Under the pieces are notes generated by a model that ran no database searches, had not been told where the DNA came from, and saw nothing but the letters and a program-made list of their open reading frames with translations. From positions 630 through 64,629 of the forward strand of contig DATDRZ010000048.1 in assembly GCA_035291465.1 (NCBI GenBank): a DNA stretch of 64,000 nt. Reading direction: 5' to 3'. Made by a program: the position numbers and the translations under genes. Source of the DNA: Anaerolineales bacterium (GTDB lineage Bacteria > Chloroflexota > Anaerolineae > Anaerolineales > UBA11579). The stretch's first letter is position 1. Each line of letters begins with the position of its first letter. Shown piece after piece: positions 16,542 to 24,754 of the stretch.

Positions 16542-17177
16542 TCAGGCAATCGGCTCTTTTGGGATCACGAAGCGGCATAGTTCTCCGCCAGCCGCCAGGC
16601 ATTCGGCTTCATCGACCCGGAACTCGCGGCCGCCCGAAATCCTGTTTAGCGCTTCTTGCAGAATGCCAACCATCATGAAACAGACCGGCTTCTCTTCCCC
16701 ACTGCGTCCCCAACACACGGAATTGCGGTGAACGAGGTAATGGAATTCGGGCGATTTTTCCTGCACACGGCTAGGCTGATCGCTGAAATCGCTGAAGATT
16801 CTGGCGAGCGCGCCAAGCCCCACCTTCAGTTTAAGATTCATTGATAACATCCTGAATGCGGCGGCCTCTACGCCTTCCAGCGCACCGAAATGGCTGAGTG
16901 CGTTATTGAAGACCATGCGCCCAGCCCGCAAGGCCAACCCGCGGCCTCCGCGCGGCCCATAATATTCCTCCAAGCCGAGGTTCAAAGCTCCCATTTCTGA
17001 GAAATCGAAACCGCGCTCAAGATTCGCCAGCGGATAATTCTGGATAAGGTGTTGCAAATGGGCGAGGGTAAGCAATGTCTCCATCCCCTTAGGCGTAAGC
17101 AATTCCTCGATAGTCTGTAAAGTGATACGGGCTAATCTGTTGGGCAGCTTGTACCCACTTGGTGGGATCGCGTCCAT
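16542..17177 (-). CDS. V4R domain protein
   Basis: C-terminal CWGRSGEEKPVCFMMVGILQEAL...VDEAECLAAGGELCRFVI is the V4R (4-vinyl-reductase-type) Cys pattern. Confidence 0.75.
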   Translation of the reverse strand: MDAIPPSGYKLPNRLARITLQTIEELLTPKGMETLLTLAHLQHLIQNYPLANLERGFDFSEMGALNLGLEEYYGPRGGRGLALRAGRMVFNNALSHFGALEGVEAAAFRMLSMNLKLKVGLGALARIFSDFSDQPSRVQEKSPEFHYLVHRNSVCWGRSGEEKPVCFMMVGILQEALNRISGGREFRVDEAECLAAGGELCRFVIPKEPIA

Positions 17178-17194
17178 TTCTCGCCCGCTGTGAT

Positions 17195-17611
17195 TTAGAG
17201 CAATGATTGCAAATCTGCAATTACATGGCGTATTTCGAGTAACAGCAGACCTAGGCGAGCGTCATTTTTGGCCATCACCGTAAGCACGGCTTGATGACCT
17301 GCAGCGGTCAACACCGCGAAGCCCTCTGCCCCGCGAATGTATACCTGCTGCATTTTGCCGCGCCCAAGCTCCGCGGCAATGCGTTCGCCGAGAGACAACA
17401 AAGCAGCGGACATGGCTGCCACGCGGTCCTCCGAAATGGGCGGGTTGAGCACCGCAGCGATGCTCAACCCGTCGTTGCTTACGACCGCCGAGCCTTCGAC
17501 CTCGGGCGTCGAATCTTGGAACGCGCGCAGGCGCTCTACCAGATGCTGGGTTCGCGTTGGATTCACAGATTCTCTAGTCAACACGGTGGGAAATGAAACT
17601 AACTGTAGCAT
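17195..17611 (-). CDS. Roadblock/LC7 (MglB-like) domain protein
   Basis: 138 aa. EVEGSAVVSNDGLSIAA...AAMSAALLSLGERIAAELGRG...VYIRGAEGFAVL is typical of Roadblock/LC7. Confidence 0.8.
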   Translation of the reverse strand: MLQLVSFPTVLTRESVNPTRTQHLVERLRAFQDSTPEVEGSAVVSNDGLSIAAVLNPPISEDRVAAMSAALLSLGERIAAELGRGKMQQVYIRGAEGFAVLTAAGHQAVLTVMAKNDARLGLLLLEIRHVIADLQSLL

Positions 17612-17676
17612 AGCGGATTAGGGGTGTCAAGAAACTTGATTTCGGAGCCATTTTTGCAACGTGAAAAGGAAATATA

Positions 17677-18945
17677 ATGCCGCTTATGCTCATCCATTCA
17701 GCGGGGCAACTGTTGACGCTGGCCGGTGGCCCGCAGCGCGGTCGTGCACTGGGAATGTTAGGAATTATCGAAGACGGCGCGGTATTAATCCGTGAAGGCC
17801 GGATTGTTGCGACGGGCTCAAGCGCCGATCTGCGCCGCAAAAATCCCGATGAAGTGGAGTTGGATGCCGGCGGCCGAGTGGTGATGCCCGGCTTCGTCGA
17901 TGCACATTCGCATCCGATTTGGGCCGGCGACCGCGCCGCAGAATTCGAACAGCGGCTGCGGGGCAAGACCTACTTGGAAATTCTCAATGCGGGTGGTGGA
18001 ATACTTTCCACTGTAAGGGCAACCCGCGGCGCATCCATGGGGGACTTGCTCAGCCAAACTCGCCCGCGGCTCCAGCGCATGTTCAATCATGGTTCTACCA
18101 CCGTCGAGGCCAAGACCGGCTACGGATTGGACTTCGATACGGAGCTACATTTGATGGAAGCGCTACTTCAGCTGGACGCCGAAGGGCCCTGGGAACTGAC
18201 CGTCACTTATCTTGCCGCCCATGCCATCCCGCCCGAATTCAAAGGAAGAGCCGAAGATTACACTAACGAATTGTGCAGGAATTGGCTCCCTGGAGTGAAA
18301 GATTGGTGGACACAAAACGTGCCGGAAAAGACTTTGCCTTTCGTCGACGTATTTTGCGAGACCGGCGCATTCGACTTACGTCAGTCACGACGAATTCTGG
18401 AAACGGCTAAAGGGCTTGGTTTCCCTCTTAAAATCCATTCCGACGAGTTCGACAACCTCGGCGGCACGCGCATGGCTGTCGAATTAGGCTCGGTCAGCGC
18501 AGACCACCTCATTAGCGTTTCGCCTGAAGAGATTGCTGTGTTGGCCGACAGCGATACGGTGGCCGTAGCCTTGCCGGCTACGCCATTCGGCCTGGCTGAG
18601 CTGCACAGCATGCCCGCAAGGGCCATCCTCGAAGCGGACGGACTACTGGCAGTGGGAAGTGACCTGAATCCGGGCACGGCTTGGGGCGAAAGCCTTCAAT
18701 TTGCCATAGCCCTGGCTTGCCGCAGCCTAGGGCTCACTCCAGCACAGGCTATTGCCGCAACCACCATCAATGGTGCCGCAGCCATCCAGCGCCAGAATGT
18801 AATTGGATCGATTGAAGCCGGAAAACAGGCCGACCTGCTTATTCTGGATGCAATAGACTACCGCCATCTTGGTTACCGTTTTGGCACTAATCTTGTACGT
18901 ACAGTGATCAAGAAAGGGACACCTTATCCGGTGGCACGCCATTGA
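17677..18945 (+). CDS. hutI: imidazolonepropionase
   Basis: PGFVDAHSHPIWAGDRAAEFEQRLRGKTYLEI..., KIHSDEF, amidohydrolase fold; 422 aa. Confidence 0.88.
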   Translation: MPLMLIHSAGQLLTLAGGPQRGRALGMLGIIEDGAVLIREGRIVATGSSADLRRKNPDEVELDAGGRVVMPGFVDAHSHPIWAGDRAAEFEQRLRGKTYLEILNAGGGILSTVRATRGASMGDLLSQTRPRLQRMFNHGSTTVEAKTGYGLDFDTELHLMEALLQLDAEGPWELTVTYLAAHAIPPEFKGRAEDYTNELCRNWLPGVKDWWTQNVPEKTLPFVDVFCETGAFDLRQSRRILETAKGLGFPLKIHSDEFDNLGGTRMAVELGSVSADHLISVSPEEIAVLADSDTVAVALPATPFGLAELHSMPARAILEADGLLAVGSDLNPGTAWGESLQFAIALACRSLGLTPAQAIAATTINGAAAIQRQNVIGSIEAGKQADLLILDAIDYRHLGYRFGTNLVRTVIKKGTPYPVARH

Positions 18946-19146
18946 ATGCCAATACTTGAAACCCTTATCAACTCTCTCCCCGGCCAATGGGTGGTCATCA
19001 CGCTGATCGCCGGCATTGGACTAGCCGTGGTTTTCCTACGCGGTCTGATCCGCACTGCCATAAGAGTTTTTCTGATCGGGAGTGTCGGGTTTATACTGCT
19101 GGCCGTTGTGTACTACGTCCTTAAATACTTAAACTTTTCATCCTAG
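18946..19146 (+). CDS. 66-aa two-TM membrane protein
   Basis: Starts directly after the hutI stop (TGAATG). Two hydrophobic helices. Confidence 0.5.
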   Translation: MPILETLINSLPGQWVVITLIAGIGLAVVFLRGLIRTAIRVFLIGSVGFILLAVVYYVLKYLNFSS

Positions 19147-19779
19147 ATGCCCACCGTAGAGCAGGCCCGAGCCTGGTACCCGGATTACGATCCGGTGCAC
19201 GGCTTCGACCATATTCTGCGCGTGCTGCGGTTGGCTGAACGTCTGGCGAAAGCCGAAGGCGCGGACATTGACATCGTGCGCGCCGCGGTGCTGCTGCATG
19301 ATGCCAGCGGCGCGGAAACCGGGGGTGAAAAGCGCCCCGAACACCAGCACCACTCCGCCGAATTTGCCAAGCAGATCCTGGAGGCCGAGGGTTGGCCGCC
19401 TGAACGCATTGCGGCAGTGCAGCACTGCATTCGCGCTCACCGCTTCCGCGGCGACGAAGCGCCGCAGACCCTGGAGGCCAAAATCCTCTTTGATGCCGAC
19501 AAGTTGGATGTGATCGGCGCGTTTGGAGTAGCGCGCACCCTGGCTTACGACGTGATGATGCATTGGCCGTTTTACGCGGAAGTTTCAGACGAATTCAAGC
19601 GAAGAGGCGCGAAGGTTGAAGGTGAACTACACAGCTCTTACCATGAATTCGTTTTCAAGCTTGGCAAAATAAAGGACAGGCTACACACGGAGTCCGCGCG
19701 GCAACTGGCCGAACCGCGACAAAAATTCCTAAACGAATTTTTTACTCAATTAGACGCAGAAAGTAAAGGAGAGAGATAA
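19147..19779 (+). CDS. HD-domain phosphohydrolase
   Basis: HGFDHILRV ... AAVLLHDA is the H...HD motif. Confidence 0.85.
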   Translation: MPTVEQARAWYPDYDPVHGFDHILRVLRLAERLAKAEGADIDIVRAAVLLHDASGAETGGEKRPEHQHHSAEFAKQILEAEGWPPERIAAVQHCIRAHRFRGDEAPQTLEAKILFDADKLDVIGAFGVARTLAYDVMMHWPFYAEVSDEFKRRGAKVEGELHSSYHEFVFKLGKIKDRLHTESARQLAEPRQKFLNEFFTQLDAESKGER

Positions 19780-19808
19780 CGATAGCACGCTCGCCAACAC
19801 TAAATGAC

Positions 19809-20576
19809 TTGATCGAAATCGCGCAACAAGCCGGCGAAATCTTGCGAGTGGGATTTGGTCAGCACCACCAGGTGGAATTCAAAGGAGAGATCGACCTGGT
19901 TACCGAAATCGACCACCGATCCGAGGAATTAATTCTCGGCGAAATCGGCAAGCGATTCCCCGACCACGCGGCATTTAGCGAAGAGAGCGGCGAACGCAGC
20001 GGATCAGCGGAAGACATCTGGTATGTAGATCCGCTGGACGGCACGCTGAATTACTCGCACGGCCTTCCGTTTTTTTGTGTCTCAATTGCTTATGCACACA
20101 AAGGCAGGTTCACCTTTGGCGCGGTGTACGACCCGATCGCCGAAGAAATGTACATCGCCGAAAATGGCAAGGGAGCGCGGCTAAACGGTAAGCCCATTCA
20201 CGCTTCTGCCGTCGCCGAACTCAAGAGCAGCCTGCTGGTCACCGGTTTCCCTTACGATGCGTGGACCAACCCAATCAACAATTTCGCAGAGTTTCAACGC
20301 TTTTCCATGCGAACGCAGGGCGTGCGGCGGCTGGGCTCGGCGGCCCTAGACCTGTGCTATGTGGCTGCGGGGCGCCTGGATGGATTCTGGGAGATCCGCC
20401 TCAACCCCTGGGACGTGGCTGCCGGGGCGCTGATCGCGCAGGAGGCTGGCGCCCTGGTGACGAACGTACGCGGCGACCCGGATTTCATCGGCAAGCCACA
20501 ATCCGTGTTGGCAGCCAACCCGGCGCTGCACGCTAAGATGTTGGAGATTCTGAAAGAAAGCAATCTTTCGCTTTAG
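19809..20576 (+). CDS. inositol monophosphatase family protein
   Basis: TTG start. EESG..., WYVDPLDGTLNY and WDVAAG motifs. Confidence 0.88.
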   Translation: MIEIAQQAGEILRVGFGQHHQVEFKGEIDLVTEIDHRSEELILGEIGKRFPDHAAFSEESGERSGSAEDIWYVDPLDGTLNYSHGLPFFCVSIAYAHKGRFTFGAVYDPIAEEMYIAENGKGARLNGKPIHASAVAELKSSLLVTGFPYDAWTNPINNFAEFQRFSMRTQGVRRLGSAALDLCYVAAGRLDGFWEIRLNPWDVAAGALIAQEAGALVTNVRGDPDFIGKPQSVLAANPALHAKMLEILKESNLSL

Positions 20577-20592
20577 TCAGGCGAGGGCCTGG

Positions 20593-21417
20593 CTAAAGGT
20601 TTAGCAGCCGCCCCCACTCCTCAAGACTTAGAGTCTGCGGCCTCCGCATAGGATCAATGCCTGCGGCATCCAGGCGCGCGGCAGCGTGCTCCTTGGTCCA
20701 ATCCGGCAGAGAGGCCAGCGAATTCGCGAGTGTCTTGCGTTTTTGGGAGAAAGCGGCCTTGGCAAGGTTGAAGATCGCATCGATCTTCTCCGCTGGCAGC
20801 CGGGGTTCGGCATAGAGATCGACCACCAGAAGTGCCGAATCGACCTTGGGGATGGGATAAAACGCCCCGGCGGGAATGTGATGAGCGATTCGGGGCGAGC
20901 CATAAAGCTGCACGCTTAGCGCCAACAGCGACATCTCTGGCGGCGAAGCGCAGGCACGCTCGGCCACTTCGCGTTGAATGGTGAGCGTCAGCCGCTGGGG
21001 CCGTGGGTCATGTTCCAACAAATGGCGGATAAGGCTGGACGTTAAATAATAAGGGATGTTGGCGACAACCAGATATCCCGGCGACTGGAAGAAATCGGCC
21101 AGGCGCAACTGGAGGATGTCAGCATGCACCACTTCAACGTTAGGATAACCGCGAACTGTTTCGCGCAAAAGGGGCAGCAGTTTGCCATCCAATTCCACCG
21201 CCACCACACGTTTGGCCGCGGCTGCCAGGTGGCGGGTGAGCGACCCGAGGCCTGCGCCAACCTCGAGGACTTCGTCGGTTGAGGCGACTCGCGCGAACTC
21301 CACAATGCGCACCAGGTGGCCTTCATCGACCAGGAAATTCTGGCCCATGGCCTTCTCTGGGCGCAGCCCATGGAGGCGAAGGAGTGCAGGGACGTTGATA
21401 GCTTGGATGGCCGGCAT
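20593..21417 (-). CDS. rsmA: 16S rRNA (adenine1518/1519-N6)-dimethyltransferase
   Basis: MGQNFLVD, EVGAGLGSLT (SAM site), VANIPYY. Confidence 0.92.
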   Translation of the reverse strand: MPAIQAINVPALLRLHGLRPEKAMGQNFLVDEGHLVRIVEFARVASTDEVLEVGAGLGSLTRHLAAAAKRVVAVELDGKLLPLLRETVRGYPNVEVVHADILQLRLADFFQSPGYLVVANIPYYLTSSLIRHLLEHDPRPQRLTLTIQREVAERACASPPEMSLLALSVQLYGSPRIAHHIPAGAFYPIPKVDSALLVVDLYAEPRLPAEKIDAIFNLAKAAFSQKRKTLANSLASLPDWTKEHAAARLDAAGIDPMRRPQTLSLEEWGRLLNL

Positions 21418-21418
21418 T

Positions 21419-22819
21419 TTAGGGCGGCCAGATAAGCGGAACGTATGAAGGAACGGGGGTGGTGAAATAAATAGTTACATATTGGTTTACCCACGGAGCG
21501 CCGCTACTGGCGGCGACTTCCGCTTCACTGAATGCTAGGTCGATCCATGGCTCTCCCGTCGGCCAGCTACCCACATCACCAAAAGCGGCGTTCCCATAAC
21601 CAGGAACATAAACGGTTGTCCCCTTTAGAGCCCTGTACCAATTTAGGTAGGTGGCAATGGTTCCTTTTTGAACGGGCATCCCGGAGGAGGTGCCGTTGAG
21701 GCAGCCGTCCGTCCCGGAATTACATGGGGAATACCAGGTAGTAAACACAGTCACGGCTCGATAATATTCAATGGTCACACCATCCACCACCGCGGTTTTC
21801 AGAACTAATTGAGCGCCATATCCATTGATCTGGTCCTTGGCTTCAACCAGTACACGTTCCCCCTCTTCCATTCTAGAAACCTCCTGGCCATCTTCGTAGC
21901 GCACGCGGATGCGGGAAGCGGAAACGCCGTCTTGTCCGGCTTGAACGACCGAAATGGTATCCAGTTCGGCCTGCAGGTCTTCCTGCCATTCTGTCTTATG
22001 GGGAATTGTTTGCTGTTCCAGCAACAAAGTTTCATTGACACGAATAACCCGAATGAGTCGGTCCGTTGGAATGGGTTGACCCTCATCGGGCTGGCTACGG
22101 TCCAAACCCTGCAGCGAAATGCCCGCATCGGCGAGGGCTTCGCCAACTGTAGCAACCGCTGTGCGAACTTCGAATTCGGAACCGCCCATGACAACCAGCA
22201 CCGGCTTCGCACGAATAATGGTGACGATTATCGTAGTATCCAGGGGAGTCTCGAGGTCAGGCTCAATCAGATCTGCGGCAAATATATCGATGCCCTTCTC
22301 GGCGAGGGCTTCGCCAAGCGTTGGAGCAGAACTCTGGAATTCGGCAAAGTCGTCGCCGTCTCTAACGCTCACATCCACCGGGCGCCGCAATTCAAGACTC
22401 AGGAATGCAGCCTGAGGCAGCAACTCGCCTTCTGACAATGTTCTGCCTGCAAGCAATAAGCGATCACCATCGTCGAGCTTGAGGCCCCAGCGGTCGAGCA
22501 GTGAGGCAGGGTCGCGCTCGGCAGTATTCGCCGAGTAGGTTTTACCATCAGCAATGAGTTGGATACGGGCGGCGCGTAGGACATTGATCACCAAACCATT
22601 GCTGATCGGTGACCAATTCGACGGCTCGACCATGTCCTCAGGGTTAAGGTTCACCCCAGCATCTTTGAGCGCACCACCGACGGTCAGCGCGCGCGTAGCA
22701 ATGGTGGCGACATCCCCATCTGCCATAATGGTCACTGTTCTGGTGAGCGAAGCATAACCGAGCACCAGCACAAACGCCCCGGCGGCTAATGCAATCCAAC
22801 GTATTCGAGCGACCTGCAT
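21419..22819 (-). CDS. YabE-like cell-wall protein (DUF348 repeats + G5 + 3D domain)
   Basis: N-terminal TM, three ubiquitin-like DUF348 repeats, a G5 segment and a C-terminal 3D-type domain (YVPGYGNAAFGDVG..WIDLAF). It sits directly upstream of rsmA, as yabE does relative to ksgA in Bacillus. Confidence 0.8.
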   Translation of the reverse strand: MQVARIRWIALAAGAFVLVLGYASLTRTVTIMADGDVATIATRALTVGGALKDAGVNLNPEDMVEPSNWSPISNGLVINVLRAARIQLIADGKTYSANTAERDPASLLDRWGLKLDDGDRLLLAGRTLSEGELLPQAAFLSLELRRPVDVSVRDGDDFAEFQSSAPTLGEALAEKGIDIFAADLIEPDLETPLDTTIIVTIIRAKPVLVVMGGSEFEVRTAVATVGEALADAGISLQGLDRSQPDEGQPIPTDRLIRVIRVNETLLLEQQTIPHKTEWQEDLQAELDTISVVQAGQDGVSASRIRVRYEDGQEVSRMEEGERVLVEAKDQINGYGAQLVLKTAVVDGVTIEYYRAVTVFTTWYSPCNSGTDGCLNGTSSGMPVQKGTIATYLNWYRALKGTTVYVPGYGNAAFGDVGSWPTGEPWIDLAFSEAEVAASSGAPWVNQYVTIYFTTPVPSYVPLIWPP

Positions 22820-22873
22820 TGGAGAGAATTCTACCCAGGGGTTTCTAAAAATAAGGCGGAAATGTTTACTTAT

Positions 22874-23815
22874 TTACTTTTTGGGCGCCTGGTCATTGGC
22901 CAGCTTAGCCTTCCGTTGAAGGTAAATATCCCAGGCAAGGCTGATGGCTACAAGGAACACAATAGTCAAGGCTGCATAGATAATTGGCTCGATTTGCGCC
23001 TGGCCTCCCGCATCGATGCCCTGCCCTGTTCCTATAACAACAAATCCAGGATTGCCTCGCGGCAGGGTCTGTGAATAGGCCAGGACGTCCGCCATCAGAC
23101 TTAAGGACCAACCTTTATCCTCGTAAGCGGGCATGCGACTGCCGACCGGGGATCCAAAACGAATCTTATGCAAGCTCAGCCAGGGATCAGCAACGGCCAG
23201 ATCGCCAAGGTACAGTGGGCTAAGCGCATTGCCAAAGTTGATCGCGTCGCCATTTTCCCCGTGGCAGGCGACACAGGTATTCATGTAGAGTCTCCTGCCT
23301 TCACCGCGATCACCGAAGACAATACCCGTTTCCGGATCAATGAGCAAATCGGTATCGATTTGACGCGTGCGTAGGAAGACAGCCAAATCATTCATTGCAC
23401 TCGCATTTGTATACTGCAGGAAATTGTGCTCGGGATTCACCGTGCCGTCGAGCCAAGAAAGAACCTGCTCCTGGCTGGCCCCCACCGCATCTTCAAGCCC
23501 TGTGAAACCTGTGTAATGGGTGGAATAGGGGCCGTACGCGCCATCCACGCCCTTATAATCCCAGCCGTGACATTCAGTGCAGCGCCATGTTATTTCACCG
23601 CTGCGCGCGTTTGTGTCCTGATTGTCCCAAAGTGGATGGTTGCCTTGCGGCGGCAACAGGTCGAGTGCCAGGACCCAATTGTCATAAATGCGCGCGCCAG
23701 CAATGGGATCCCCAGGTAAGCCACCTTGCGCAGACGACAAGCCTCGGGATGCCGCCAGCAACAAAGTAGACACCACCAAAGCAAAAAAGATGGTTCCTAC
23801 TGTGCGTTGCATCAT
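22874..23815 (-). CDS. dihaem c-type cytochrome with C-terminal membrane anchor
   Basis: Trimmed to Met27. Signal-like N-terminus, CTECH and CVACH haem motifs, C-terminal TM IIYAALTIVFLVAISLAW. Confidence 0.8.
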   Translation of the reverse strand: MMQRTVGTIFFALVVSTLLLAASRGLSSAQGGLPGDPIAGARIYDNWVLALDLLPPQGNHPLWDNQDTNARSGEITWRCTECHGWDYKGVDGAYGPYSTHYTGFTGLEDAVGASQEQVLSWLDGTVNPEHNFLQYTNASAMNDLAVFLRTRQIDTDLLIDPETGIVFGDRGEGRRLYMNTCVACHGENGDAINFGNALSPLYLGDLAVADPWLSLHKIRFGSPVGSRMPAYEDKGWSLSLMADVLAYSQTLPRGNPGFVVIGTGQGIDAGGQAQIEPIIYAALTIVFLVAISLAWDIYLQRKAKLANDQAPKK

Positions 23816-23872
23816 TTGGGGGATCAAATTGGGATGAAATACCAGAAAAGTATAACATCGGCAATAAAGGAA

Positions 23873-23903
23873 CAAAAAAAACGCCCCCTTCAAGAGGGGC
23901 GTT
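23873..23903 (-). terminator. intrinsic terminator after the cytochrome c gene 23921-24727
   Basis: Minus strand AACGCCCC-TCTTGAAG-GGGGCGTT followed by TTTTTTTT. Confidence 0.75.
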
Positions 23904-23920
23904 CGTGTCTCGTTGCGTCT

Positions 23921-24727
23921 CTATTGCAAGGTGAGCAAGAAAGCCACCAAATCGTTGATCTGCTCTTCAGTCAGCGTTGTGCCGAATGTCTGCGGCATGA
24001 GGCCGTCGGCAAAGCCTTCAACCACGTAGGCGCTCGGTTCTACGATCGACTGTCGAATATACTCTTCAGCCGTCAAACCGCTTACCGTGTCGCCAGCCCG
24101 GCTCGCCAAACCATCTAATACAGGGCCGATGTTGCCGGTACTGAGCCCGCTGATGGTATGGCAGGCGTTACAACCGGCCTGAACGAACACCGCCTGGCCG
24201 CGACCCTCTGGCGTGGATTCGTCCGCAAGTGGAACGAGTGGTTCCACGGTTGGGATCTGTCCTAAGGCATACGGCTCAAAGTTCATGATGAAGGCAGCCA
24301 CAGCGCGGATTTGATCATCCCTAAGCGGGCCGCCAAATCGCTCCGACCAAGTAGGCATGACCGGACTTGTCCCAGTAGCGCCAGCATACTGATCGGGGCG
24401 CGTGGAAACCTGGCGACCGGTGGTCACCACCGAAACGATGTAATTCTCCAAGCCACCCTGCCAACCCACCTCTTCCAACCGCTGAGTGAAGAAATATTCG
24501 TCGCGCAAGCTTGGGGCTATACCTGTAATGCCCTGCGCCTGGGATCCGTGACACCGTGTGCAATTGATGGTGAAAACGGAGGCCCCGAACTCGATAAGTT
24601 CGGCGCGCTGCTGCACTTCGAAATCAGCCATGCGCTGCGGCTCTTGGATGCCAAGGATAACCACAATGGCGGTGCTGAGCAGCACCAGGATGGTGCCGAA
24701 GACGATTTCTAGTTGAACGCGTTTCAT
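23921..24727 (-). CDS. membrane-anchored dihaem cytochrome c of the bc-type complex
   Basis: N-terminal TM; CTRCH and CNACH motifs. Confidence 0.85.
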   Translation of the reverse strand: MKRVQLEIVFGTILVLLSTAIVVILGIQEPQRMADFEVQQRAELIEFGASVFTINCTRCHGSQAQGITGIAPSLRDEYFFTQRLEEVGWQGGLENYIVSVVTTGRQVSTRPDQYAGATGTSPVMPTWSERFGGPLRDDQIRAVAAFIMNFEPYALGQIPTVEPLVPLADESTPEGRGQAVFVQAGCNACHTISGLSTGNIGPVLDGLASRAGDTVSGLTAEEYIRQSIVEPSAYVVEGFADGLMPQTFGTTLTEEQINDLVAFLLTLQ

Positions 24728-24754
24728 GCGCTGGGGGTCTCCTGGTAGCCTTGC

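Noticed and set aside
23816-23893. 26 extra N-terminal codons of the cytochrome c ORF
   Set aside because: They read MKGAFFLFLYCRCYTFLVFHPNLIPQ and overlap the terminator region. The signal-peptide-like sequence starts at the Met-Met at 23815.
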